32,000 nucleotides of DNA from Geobacter metallireducens GS-15 (lineage in GTDB: Bacteria; Desulfobacterota; Desulfuromonadia; Geobacterales; Geobacteraceae): contig NC_007517.1 of NCBI RefSeq assembly GCF_000012925.1, positions 3,780,001-3,812,000 of the forward strand, written 5' to 3'. The notes beneath the pieces were generated by a model. That model worked only from the letters and a program-made list of their open reading frames with translations, was not told the DNA's origin and did not search any database. The first letter of the stretch is position 1, and the number at the start of each line of letters is the position of its first letter. Below are positions 17,128 through 25,048 of this stretch, piece after piece. A program made the translations under genes and the position numbers.

Positions 17128-17802
17128 TCACTCCTCTTCCTTCAGGATGTAGCCCACGCCCCGTACCGTGTGGATCAGCTTCTTGTCGGCCTCGCGGTCG
17201 ATCTTCTTCCGCAGGTAGTTCACATACACATCGATGATGTTGGTGAAACTGTCGAAGGTGTAGTCCCAGACGTGCTCGGCGATCATGGTCCGAGTCAGGA
17301 CCTGGTTCGGGTTCCGCATGAAGTATTCCAGCAGCGAGTACTCCTTGGCGGTCAGGTCGATCTCCTTGTCCTTGCGCCACACCTTGTGGGTGACCGGATC
17401 GAGCCGCAGATCGGCGAAGCGGATCTCGGCGCCCCGGTCCTGCTCGCTGCGCCGCACCAGGGCCCGTACCCGGGCCAGGAGCTCGGCAAAGGCGAAGGGT
17501 TTCGTCAGGTAGTCGTCGGAACCGGAATCGAGCCCCGCCACGATGTCCTCCACGGAATCCTTGGCGGTCAGCATGAGAACCGGCGTTGCGTTTTTCCTCT
17601 CCCGCAGTTCCCGCACCACGCTCAGTCCGTCCTTCTTGGGGAGCATGACATCGAGGATAATCAGATCAAACCCTTTCTCCAGGGCCATCTTGAGACCATC
17701 CTCGCCGTTGAAGGCGGCCTCAACCTCGTACCGCTCCTCCTCAAGACCGCGCTTTATGAAGCTCGAAACCTTCTTTTCGTCCTCTACCACGAGAATCTTC
17801 AT
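17128..17802 (-). CDS. OmpR-family response regulator (receiver plus winged helix), CusR/CopR-like
   Basis: MKILVVEDE...DLIILDVMLPKKDG...LMLTAK...DDYLTKPF receiver domain with a C-terminal trans_reg_C domain (LTAKEYSLLEYFMRNPNQVLTR...VRGVGYIL). ATG 17802 has SD GGGAGG 8 nt upstream; the track start at 17811 is a GTG. Confidence 0.93.
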   Translation of the reverse strand: MKILVVEDEKKVSSFIKRGLEEERYEVEAAFNGEDGLKMALEKGFDLIILDVMLPKKDGLSVVRELRERKNATPVLMLTAKDSVEDIVAGLDSGSDDYLTKPFAFAELLARVRALVRRSEQDRGAEIRFADLRLDPVTHKVWRKDKEIDLTAKEYSLLEYFMRNPNQVLTRTMIAEHVWDYTFDSFTNIIDVYVNYLRKKIDREADKKLIHTVRGVGYILKEEE

Positions 17803-17851
17803 TGTCTGCACCTCCCTTTCTCTGTTTTCCGATGCTGCGGACTCATGGTTT

Positions 17852-18661
17852 CTAGCTGCAGAGTTTCTGTATGATTTCCGCCGCCGACTCTTCCACCGAT
17901 CGTTTCGTCACGTCGATGACGAGCCACTGGGGGTTGCGCCGGTAGAGTTGGCGGCAGTAGTTGAGCTCGTCCTCGATCTTTTCGTAGTCGGCGTAGCTTC
18001 CCCTGGACATCTGCCCCAGGTTCTTGAGACGCACCGACCGTATCTCCAGAAGCCGGTGGGGATCGATGAGGAGCCCCACAATCTTGTTCTGATCCACCTT
18101 GAAGAGTTCAGCAGGAGGATCGATCCCCTTCACCAGGGGGACGTTGGCCACCTTGTACCCTTTGTGGGCCAGGTACATGGAGAGGGGGGTCTTGGAGGAA
18201 CGCGACACCCCCACCAGCACAAAATCGGCCTTGCTGAGCCCACGGGGGTCCTGGCCGTCGTCGTGCTTCACCGTAAAGTCAACGGCCTCGATCCGCTTGT
18301 GATATTCGGTGTTGAGCTCGTACAGGAGTCCCGGCTCATTCTGGGGAGCAACGCCGAAGAAATCCGACAGCTTGAAGAGGAGCGAGCTGATGAGATCCAG
18401 GGCGTCGAGGCCGTGGGCCTCGGCCTCGTCCCGAAGCAGTTGCGCCAGCTCCGCGTCAACAAGGGTATAGATCACTATCCCCGGCTCCTTGAGCACGTCC
18501 TCCAGAGCGGAAAGGATATCTTCCCTCGTCCGGATCTTGCTCATCCGGTGGATGCGGGCCTCCACGTCGCGGAACTGAGAGAGGGCGGCGCGCAACACCC
18601 GCTCCACGGTTTCCCCCGTGGCGTCGGAAAAGAGGTAGATATGCCGCATTGATCCGTTCAT
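17852..18661 (-). CDS. ppsR: PpsR-type bifunctional kinase/pyrophosphorylase (PEP synthase / pyruvate phosphate dikinase regulatory protein, DUF299)
   Basis: [15 protein letters not shown] at the N terminus and the P-loop-like [17 protein letters not shown] are hallmarks of this family. It is 269 aa. Confidence 0.88.
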   Translation of the reverse strand: MNGSMRHIYLFSDATGETVERVLRAALSQFRDVEARIHRMSKIRTREDILSALEDVLKEPGIVIYTLVDAELAQLLRDEAEAHGLDALDLISSLLFKLSDFFGVAPQNEPGLLYELNTEYHKRIEAVDFTVKHDDGQDPRGLSKADFVLVGVSRSSKTPLSMYLAHKGYKVANVPLVKGIDPPAELFKVDQNKIVGLLIDPHRLLEIRSVRLKNLGQMSRGSYADYEKIEDELNYCRQLYRRNPQWLVIDVTKRSVEESAAEIIQKLCS

Positions 18662-18700
18662 GGCCGTCCTATTCGAGTCGCCAGCATTTTCATTAAATAC

Positions 18701-18728
18701 TATATACCATGTATTCTCACCATGGCAA
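18701..18728 (-). promoter_or_regulatory. Candidate sigma70 promoter for the ppsR-like gene
   Basis: The minus strand reads TTGCCA-N16-TATATA with TGg immediately before the -10 box, about 40 nt upstream of ATG 18661. Confidence 0.35.
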
Positions 18729-18739
18729 TGGCAGAATTC

Positions 18740-19903
18740 TCATGAGCGAAATTCCCGCCAGATTTCCTCACGGATATCCGGCCGAGCGGCCAGCTCCGCC
18801 GCGGTCAGCGCCAGGGCCGTGGCCCCCTCCGCCACGGCGGCCTTTCCCTTTCCGGAGACCGTGGCTCGGGCGAATGCCTCGCTGTGGATATTGATGCCGT
18901 CGCCAATGGGGACATGGGGGTGGATGGTCGGCACGATCTGGGAGACGTTGCCGATGTCCGACGACCCCTTGTTCTTATCGGGCTGATTCTCCGATTCCTG
19001 AAGGTCCAAATACGCCAGCTGGGCCGAGTAGAGGTCGGAGAAGATCCGGTTCACCTTGAGGGGGGCCATGATCCGGGGATCCGCGTCCACCTGGAGCCGG
19101 CACCCGGTGGCCAGGGCGGCCCCTTCGGCGCATGCGAGAACCCGTGCCTTCGCCCGCTCCAGCTCCGCCAGGTCGTCGGCCCGGACATAGAAATGGGCCG
19201 AGGCCCGCTCCGGAATGATGTTGGGGGCAACTCCCCCCTCGGTGATGATCCCGTGGACCCGCACGTCCTGGCGGAGTTGCTGGCGCAGGGCGCTGATCCC
19301 GTTGAAGGTCTGGATGACACCATCGAGGGCGTTGATCCCCTCTTCCGGGTAGGCGGCGGCATGGGCCGGCTTGCCGAAAAAGGTGAAGCGAACCCGGGCG
19401 AGCCCCAGGTAGTGCTTGATCACGTACCGCCGCGAAGATGGATGCACCATCAGGGCGAACTCGACCCCGTCAAAGGCGCCGTTGGCGATCATATCCACCT
19501 TCCCGATTCCCATCTCCTCGGCGGGGGTGCCGAGGACGACGATCCGGGCCGCATCCGGAGGAAGAATGGAGCGCAGTGCCGTGGCAGCCCCGACGGCCGC
19601 GGCGGCGATCACGTTGTGGCCGCAGGCATGACCCATAACCGGGAGGGCGTCCATCTCGGCCATGAAGGCAATGACCGGCCCACCCTCACCCGTCTCGGCC
19701 CGGAACGCCGTGGGAAGCCCGGCAATACCCCGCTCCACCCGGAACCCCTCCCGTTCCAGGAAATCGGCCAGGAGGGCCGAACTCCGCACCTCGTTCAGGC
19801 CGGTCTCGGGATGGAGATAAAGATCCTCCGCAATAGCAGCAAATTCGCTCTTCCGCCCCTCGACGAAGGCGACGATCTCCCCCTTGATTCGATCCAGATC
19901 CAT
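18740..19903 (-). CDS. M20-family amidohydrolase/peptidase (AbgB/M20D-like)
   Basis: LHPETGLNEVRSS...AFMAEMDALP...GHACGHNVIAAAAVGAA and later metal-ligand regions are typical of M20D amidohydrolases. The start is either ATG 19903 or GTG 19912. Confidence 0.85.
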   Translation of the reverse strand: MDLDRIKGEIVAFVEGRKSEFAAIAEDLYLHPETGLNEVRSSALLADFLEREGFRVERGIAGLPTAFRAETGEGGPVIAFMAEMDALPVMGHACGHNVIAAAAVGAATALRSILPPDAARIVVLGTPAEEMGIGKVDMIANGAFDGVEFALMVHPSSRRYVIKHYLGLARVRFTFFGKPAHAAAYPEEGINALDGVIQTFNGISALRQQLRQDVRVHGIITEGGVAPNIIPERASAHFYVRADDLAELERAKARVLACAEGAALATGCRLQVDADPRIMAPLKVNRIFSDLYSAQLAYLDLQESENQPDKNKGSSDIGNVSQIVPTIHPHVPIGDGINIHSEAFARATVSGKGKAAVAEGATALALTAAELAARPDIREEIWREFRS

Positions 19904-19969
19904 CACGGCCACCCCGAATTTATTTTAATGAAATTCAACCCCAGAGACGGGTATTTGTCAAGGTTTTTA

Positions 19970-19998
19970 TTGTCAAAGCCCTTTAGTTTTGCTACGTT
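19970..19998 (+). promoter_or_regulatory. Candidate sigma70 promoter for prmA-rsmE
   Basis: TTGTCA-N17-TACGTT with TGc before the -10 box, about 48 nt upstream of ATG 20046. Confidence 0.3.
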
Positions 19999-20045
19999 GG
20001 CCCACCTTGACTGAATCAATCCAAACGCAACTCCGAGGAGCATCC

Positions 20046-20945
20046 ATGGACAAAACCTGGGCCGAAGTCACCTGCGAGATCCCCGCGGCAATGATCGACC
20101 TTCTGGCCGACTTCCTCGTGGAACTCTCCGGCAACGGAGTGAGCATCGACAATCTGGAGTTGGACACCTTCTCCCTCGACACCATGGACGAGGCGCCGGT
20201 GAAGACCGTGCGGGCCTACTTCACTCCCGACGACGAACTGGAAGAAAAACTGGCCGCCCTGAACCGGTTCATCCAGGAGCACGCGCCCGCCTACGGCGAC
20301 GCCGCTCCAGCCCCGCCCACCGTCACCACCCTCAGGGAGGAGGACTGGGCCACGGGGTGGCGCCAGCACTTCGCACCGACCCGCATCGGCCGAAAACTCG
20401 TGATCAAGCCCACCTGGGAGCCGTTCTCGCCGGAGCCCGGCGACTTAGTCATCGAACTGGACCCGGGGATGGCCTTCGGCACCGGCACCCATCCCACCAC
20501 CCGCCTCTGCCTGGAGGCCCTGGAAAAGCTCGGCACCGCCGGCGATGTCCTCGACGTGGGGACCGGCTCGGGAATCCTGGCCATGGCCGCCGTCAAGCTG
20601 GGGGCGCAACGCGTCGTGGGGACCGACATCGACCCCGACGCCGTGGCAGTGGCCCGGGAAAACTGCGCCATGAACGGGGTCACCGCCGAACTGGTCACCA
20701 CTCCCCTGGCGGATATCCCGGGGCAATTCTCCGTGGTCCTCGCCAACATCCTTGCCGAGGACCTGGTGAGGATGGCGGCCGACCTGACGGCAAAGGTCGC
20801 CCCCGGCGGCTTCCTGATCCTGTCCGGAATTCTCGTGGAGCGCGAGTCCTACGTCATTGACGGCTTTGTCTCCACCGGCCTTACCCTTGCCGAAACCACC
20901 CGCGAGGGGGAGTGGAGCTGCCTCCTCTATCAGGCCGGACAATGA
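20046..20945 (+). CDS. prmA: Ribosomal protein L11 methyltransferase PrmA
   Basis: ATG 20046 has SD GAGGAG. Contains DPGMAFGTGTHPTTRLCLEAL and the SAM motif VLDVGTGSGILAMAAVKLGA...GTDIDPDAV. Confidence 0.92.
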   Translation: MDKTWAEVTCEIPAAMIDLLADFLVELSGNGVSIDNLELDTFSLDTMDEAPVKTVRAYFTPDDELEEKLAALNRFIQEHAPAYGDAAPAPPTVTTLREEDWATGWRQHFAPTRIGRKLVIKPTWEPFSPEPGDLVIELDPGMAFGTGTHPTTRLCLEALEKLGTAGDVLDVGTGSGILAMAAVKLGAQRVVGTDIDPDAVAVARENCAMNGVTAELVTTPLADIPGQFSVVLANILAEDLVRMAADLTAKVAPGGFLILSGILVERESYVIDGFVSTGLTLAETTREGEWSCLLYQAGQ

Positions 20946-21733
20946 GCGTCCGCCGCTTCATGGCCCCCGGCGCCGACCTCGCCGGAGAGTCGGTGCGGAT
21001 CGAGGGGGACCTTTTCCGTCACATGGTGAAGGTCCTGCGCCTGAAAATTGACACCCGCGTCAGGCTGGCTGATGGCCACGGCGTCGAATGCGCGGGAATC
21101 ATTCAGGAGATCGGCCGCGACCATCTCACCGTAGCCGTGGAGGAGCGCCATGCTGTGGCCCCCGTCGGCGGGTCACTGCGAATCACCCTTATCCAGGGGC
21201 TCCCCAAGGGGGAGAAGATGGAACTCATCTTGCAAAAAGGGACTGAACTCGGGGTAAACGAGGTGGTCCCCTTCCAGGCGGACCGGTCGGTTTCCCGCAT
21301 CCCGGCCGACCGGCAGGATGAACGGCTGCGGCGCTGGCAGCGGATAGCCGCCGAAGCGGCCCGCCAGGCGGGACGTCTCGACATCCCGACGGTGCAGCTG
21401 GCCCAGGGGATGGATGAAGCTGTCCGGGATACGGACCACGACCTGAAGCTCCTCCTCTGGGAAGAGGAGCGGGCAACGACCCTGCAGGGGGCCATTAACG
21501 TCCGGCCCCGGCCCGCAAGCATCGCCGTCATCGTCGGGCCCGAGGGAGGGCTCACGAGGGAGGAGGCGGAAACGGCCCGTCGGACGGGCTTCATCCCCGT
21601 GACCCTCGGCAGGCGCATCCTCCGAACCGAAACCGCGGGAATCGCCCTTTTGGCAATTCTGCAGTATCTCTACGGCGACCTGGGAGAAGGAGAAAATCCC
21701 GAAGAAGGCCCCGGATCGTCACTCACGTCATAG
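20942..21733 (+). CDS. rsmE: 16S rRNA (uracil1498-N3)-methyltransferase RsmE
   Basis: ATG 20942 overlaps the prmA stop (ATGA). Starts MSVRRFMAPG, with the C-terminal SPOUT motifs IVGPEGGLTREE and LGRRILRTETAGIALLA. Confidence 0.9.
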   Translation: MSVRRFMAPGADLAGESVRIEGDLFRHMVKVLRLKIDTRVRLADGHGVECAGIIQEIGRDHLTVAVEERHAVAPVGGSLRITLIQGLPKGEKMELILQKGTELGVNEVVPFQADRSVSRIPADRQDERLRRWQRIAAEAARQAGRLDIPTVQLAQGMDEAVRDTDHDLKLLLWEEERATTLQGAINVRPRPASIAVIVGPEGGLTREEAETARRTGFIPVTLGRRILRTETAGIALLAILQYLYGDLGEGENPEEGPGSSLTS

Positions 21734-21777
21734 CGGCCAGCCACCAGCTGTGTTGTGCCGCACAAGGAGCAGCAACC

Positions 21778-22554
21778 ATGAAGTGTCCCAAGTGCGGATA
21801 CAACAGTTTCGAATTTCTCGACACCTGCAAGAAGTGCAAGACCGATCTGAGCGGCTTCAAGCAGACCCACGGCATCCACTCCCCGATGACTTCCCTCGCT
21901 GCCGCTGCAGCAGCACCGGCCGTTGCGGCGGCGACGGTCGCAGCAGCCGTAGCCGCTCCCCCGGCAGCCGCCGATGAGAACTTCACCTGGGACGAACCGG
22001 CCGCCACGGCAACTCCTGTTCCCCCTTCAATCAAGCAGGGAGACGACATCTTCCCCTCCATGGACCTGGACTTCGCCACTCCGCCGCCGGCGGCACCGGC
22101 GTCGCCCCCGCCCGTCTCCTTCGACCTGGAACCCACCAGCGCAGCTGCTCCGCCGGTTCCTCCAACCGCGCAAGAGGCAGACCTCCCCGATTTCTCCTTC
22201 GATGAACCGGCTGCCGACGCCTCGGCGACCCCACCGTCCCTTTTCGGTTCTGCGCCGGCTGATGACGACGGGTTTGCGTCCCTCCTGGAGACCGGCGACA
22301 GCAGCGAAGAGACCGCGGCGGCAGCGATCCCGGATGCCACCCCTGAACTGGAGTCCGCCTGGGAGACCCCTGCCAACGTATTTGGCGGCTTCGGCGAGGG
22401 GGGAAACGAGGCTCCCCCCGCTCCCCAGGAAGCCGGCGGGCTCGACCTGGAAAGCTTCAACCCATCCCCTCCGACCAAGGGCCCTCAGGTGGAGCTGGAT
22501 GGATTCTCCCCCGCCGAGTTCGACTCCCTCTTCGGAGAGCCGGACAAACCGTAA
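21778..22554 (+). CDS. Zinc-ribbon protein with a long Ala/Pro-rich, acidic, intrinsically disordered tail
   Basis: N terminus MKCPKCGYNSFEFLDTCKKCKTDL (CxxC-N12-CxxC), with SD AAGGAG 9 nt upstream. The remaining ~225 aa are low complexity with repeated acidic-aromatic motifs. A strong terminator follows. Confidence 0.72.
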   Translation: MKCPKCGYNSFEFLDTCKKCKTDLSGFKQTHGIHSPMTSLAAAAAAPAVAAATVAAAVAAPPAAADENFTWDEPAATATPVPPSIKQGDDIFPSMDLDFATPPPAAPASPPPVSFDLEPTSAAAPPVPPTAQEADLPDFSFDEPAADASATPPSLFGSAPADDDGFASLLETGDSSEETAAAAIPDATPELESAWETPANVFGGFGEGGNEAPPAPQEAGGLDLESFNPSPPTKGPQVELDGFSPAEFDSLFGEPDKP

Positions 22555-22575
22555 CAGCGGCGTCACGACACACAT

Positions 22576-22632
22576 AAAAAAACGGCACGGCGGAGCAGGA
22601 ATTATCCTCTCCGCCGTGCCGTTTTCTTTTTC
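22576..22632. terminator. Rho-independent terminator (bidirectional architecture)
   Basis: AAAAAAACGGCACGGCGGAG...CTCCGCCGTGCCGTTTTCTTTTT: a perfect 14-bp stem with an upstream A-tract and a downstream T-tract. Confidence 0.88.
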
Positions 22633-22648
22633 TGCAGCCCACTGCTCT

Positions 22649-22796
22649 TAACAGGCTGTTGAAAAACGTCGTGAGGAGGCCGGGATGCTAGGCGCAAGCA
22701 AGCGAAAAAGCGAGGCGTACCCGTTGGTACGTTGAGCTTTTGAGCGAGCGGAAACAACGCAGACCGGCCCCGCAATAGTTTTTCAACAGCCTGCTA
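22649..22796. repeat. 148-bp self-complementary (palindromic) intergenic element; MITE-like or structured RNA
   Basis: Terminal inverted repeats TAACAGGCTGTTGAAAAAC (22649-22667) and GTTTTTCAACAGCCTGCTA (22778-22796) are 18/19 complementary. Internal pairs are GGCCGG 22678-83 / CCGGCC 22764-69. A central hairpin is AAAAGCGAGGCGTAC-ccgttg-GTACGTTGAGCTTTT (22706-22741). Confidence 0.65.
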
Positions 22797-23942
22797 GCGC
22801 CTGGCCTGGAGGGCCGCCACCATCTCGGCCCCGAACTCCCGCCGCTGCCACGGACGAAGACCGGCGATCCCCTCCAGTTCCACCTCCGACCGGGGAAAGA
22901 CCAGGGCAATCTGCTCCAAAAGGGCGTTATTGGCCAGGAAGCCGGGCTCCACGGCGAACCGCCGGGCCTTATCCTCACGCCACCCTTTGAGGGCCTTGAT
23001 GCGCCGCTCCTCGTCCCCCCCCACCTTCCGCCGCTCCTCCCGGGGAAAGAAGGGAAGCTCCTGCTCCGGCACCGCCAGCCCCTTCTCCACGGCCCGCACT
23101 ATCCCCTCGCCGCACCGCTCCACGACCCGTTCCGTGATGCCCGTAATGCCGGTCAACTCGGCAAGGGATCGGGGCTTCTTCTCGGCCAGTTCCCGGACCG
23201 TTTCCGTGCCCAGCACTTTGAAGGGAGGGACGTCCATCTGTTGCGCCCGCCGATCCCGGAAGCAGAGGATTTCTTCCAGCACCGCCAGGGACCGGGAAGC
23301 CATCCGCGAGGCTCCCTTGAAGCGGAGGAACATCGGCTCGCCGTCGGAGCGCTGGGCTACCCGCACCCGCGCCAGGAGGGCACACTCCTCCTCCACCCAG
23401 CCGATACGCCCCTTCTCCCGGAGTTCCGCCTCCAGCCGCCCGCAGAGTTCGATGAGGAGCGTCGTATCCTTCGCCGCATACTCGATCATCCCCGCCGTCA
23501 AGGGGCGCCGGCTCCAGTCGGCCCGCTGGTACTGCTTGTCCAGCTCCACTCCGAAACGCTTCCGGAGCACCGCCGCCAGGCCGAACTCCCGCTCCCCCAG
23601 AAACTGGCACGCGATCATGGTGTCGAAGAGGTTATTCACCTCGATGCCGAAGTCCCGGTGCAGGGACCGGATGTCGTAATCGGCCCCATGGAATACCTTG
23701 CGGATGGAGGGGTTGGCAAAGACCGGCGCCAAGGGGGCCAGGTCGGCAACCGCCAGGGGGTCGACGATGGCGGCAAGCCCCGGCACCGTGAACTGGATCA
23801 GGCAGACCTTCTCCTGGTAGTGGTGCATGGAGTCGGCCTCCAGGTCGCAGGCCACATAGGGCTCCCGGGAGAGGCGGTCGGCAAGGCGGCGGACCCCGTC
23901 GGGGGTGGTTATGATCTCGGGTGAAACGGGTTGAACGGGCAA
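22794..23942 (-). CDS. rnd: Ribonuclease D (DEDD 3'-5' exonuclease plus HRDC domain)
   Basis: VACDLEADSMHHYQEKVCLIQF (ExoI), VFHGADYDIRSL, YAAKDTTLL, and a C-terminal HRDC-like region (ALKGWREDKARRFAVEPGFLANNALLEQIA). TTG start at 23942 has SD GGAG 6 nt upstream. Confidence 0.87.
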   Translation of the reverse strand: MPVQPVSPEIITTPDGVRRLADRLSREPYVACDLEADSMHHYQEKVCLIQFTVPGLAAIVDPLAVADLAPLAPVFANPSIRKVFHGADYDIRSLHRDFGIEVNNLFDTMIACQFLGEREFGLAAVLRKRFGVELDKQYQRADWSRRPLTAGMIEYAAKDTTLLIELCGRLEAELREKGRIGWVEEECALLARVRVAQRSDGEPMFLRFKGASRMASRSLAVLEEILCFRDRRAQQMDVPPFKVLGTETVRELAEKKPRSLAELTGITGITERVVERCGEGIVRAVEKGLAVPEQELPFFPREERRKVGGDEERRIKALKGWREDKARRFAVEPGFLANNALLEQIALVFPRSEVELEGIAGLRPWQRREFGAEMVAALQARR

Positions 23943-23984
23943 GGAAATCTCCAGTCGTAAGAATTGTCGGGAGGGGAAAATACT

Positions 23985-25046
23985 CTAAAATTCCCGAATT
24001 ATTTTATAAAGCGTCGTTCTCTGGGCAGGCCTGAAGCCGGCTTCGCGGATCAGTTCCACCATCTCATCGAGGCTCATGCGGAAGGTGCAGCCGGCTGCGG
24101 CCACCACATTCTCCTCCAGCATGGTCCCCCCCAGGTCGTTGGCGCCGAAGAAGAGGGCCACCTGGGCCATCTGGCCCCCCTGGGTCACCCAGCTGGCCTG
24201 GATATTCGGCACGTTATGGAGGACGATCCGGGAAAGGGCCAGGACCTTCAGGTACTCGACCCCGGTGGCGCTCCCACCCCCCAGCTCGGTGTTCCCGGGC
24301 TGGTAGGTCCAGGGGATGAAGGCGGTGAAGGAGCCCCCGGCGGCCTGAAGCTCCCGGACCCGGAAGAGGTGCTCCGCGATATCCTCGGGTTTCTCGGTGC
24401 TGCCGAACATCATGGTGGCCGTGGTGGCCATCCCCTGCCGGGCCGCCTCCCCCATCACCGCGGCCCACCCCTCCCAGCCGATCTTCTTGGGGGAGATCTC
24501 CTTGCGAACCCGGTCCACGAGGATCTCGGCCCCGCCGCCGGGGATGGAGTCGAGCCCCGCCTCCCGCAGTCGCCTGACCGTCTCCGGAATGGTGAGCTTC
24601 GAGACCGTGGCGATCTGGGTAATCTCCGCCGGAGAGAGGGAGTGGTTCTGGACCTGGGGGAAACGCTCCTTTATCTCCCGAAAGAGCCGCTCAAACCACT
24701 CGATCCCCAGATGGGGGTGGAGCCCCCCCTGCATGAGGAGTTGGGTCCCGCCGTGCTCCACCAGCTCGGCGATCTTGGCGTAGATGGCCTCCTCGGCCAG
24801 GAGGTAGGCGTCGGGGGCACCCTCCTCCCGGTAGAAGGCGCAGAATTTACACCTGGACTCGCAGACGTTGGTGTAGTTCACGTTGCGGTCCACCACGAAG
24901 GTGACCACCTCTTCCGGGTGGAGGCGCCGGCGGATGCCGTCGGCCAGGCGCCCCAGGGTGAGGAGGTCGGCCCTGGTCAGGAGATGTAAGGCCTCGGCCC
25001 GGTCGACGGCCTCCCCTTGCTCGATTTTTTCGATCACGGTATCCAT
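23985..25046 (-). CDS. mqnC: Radical SAM enzyme, cyclic dehypoxanthinyl futalosine synthase MqnC
   Basis: VVDRNVNYTNVCESRCKFCAFYR is a CxxxCxxC radical-SAM cluster in the MqnC-type context DRN(I/V)NYTN. It is 353 aa and starts 2 nt after the mqnE stop. The MqnC-versus-MqnE assignment rests on recollection of family motifs. Confidence 0.8.
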   Translation of the reverse strand: MDTVIEKIEQGEAVDRAEALHLLTRADLLTLGRLADGIRRRLHPEEVVTFVVDRNVNYTNVCESRCKFCAFYREEGAPDAYLLAEEAIYAKIAELVEHGGTQLLMQGGLHPHLGIEWFERLFREIKERFPQVQNHSLSPAEITQIATVSKLTIPETVRRLREAGLDSIPGGGAEILVDRVRKEISPKKIGWEGWAAVMGEAARQGMATTATMMFGSTEKPEDIAEHLFRVRELQAAGGSFTAFIPWTYQPGNTELGGGSATGVEYLKVLALSRIVLHNVPNIQASWVTQGGQMAQVALFFGANDLGGTMLEENVVAAAGCTFRMSLDEMVELIREAGFRPAQRTTLYKIIREF

Positions 25047-25048
25047 GG

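Noticed and set aside
17038-20014. Plus-strand ORFs 17038-17874, 17543-18652 and 18884-20014 opposite the RR, ppsR-like and M20 genes.
   Set aside because: All are antisense to genes with clear family motifs. They show no SD and no motifs, so they are shadow ORFs.
21723-22478. 251-aa minus-strand ORF antisense to the zinc-ribbon gene.
   Set aside because: It is generated by the GC-rich Ala/Pro codon repeats of the plus-strand gene. The plus-strand ORF has the SD, the Zn ribbon and a terminator.
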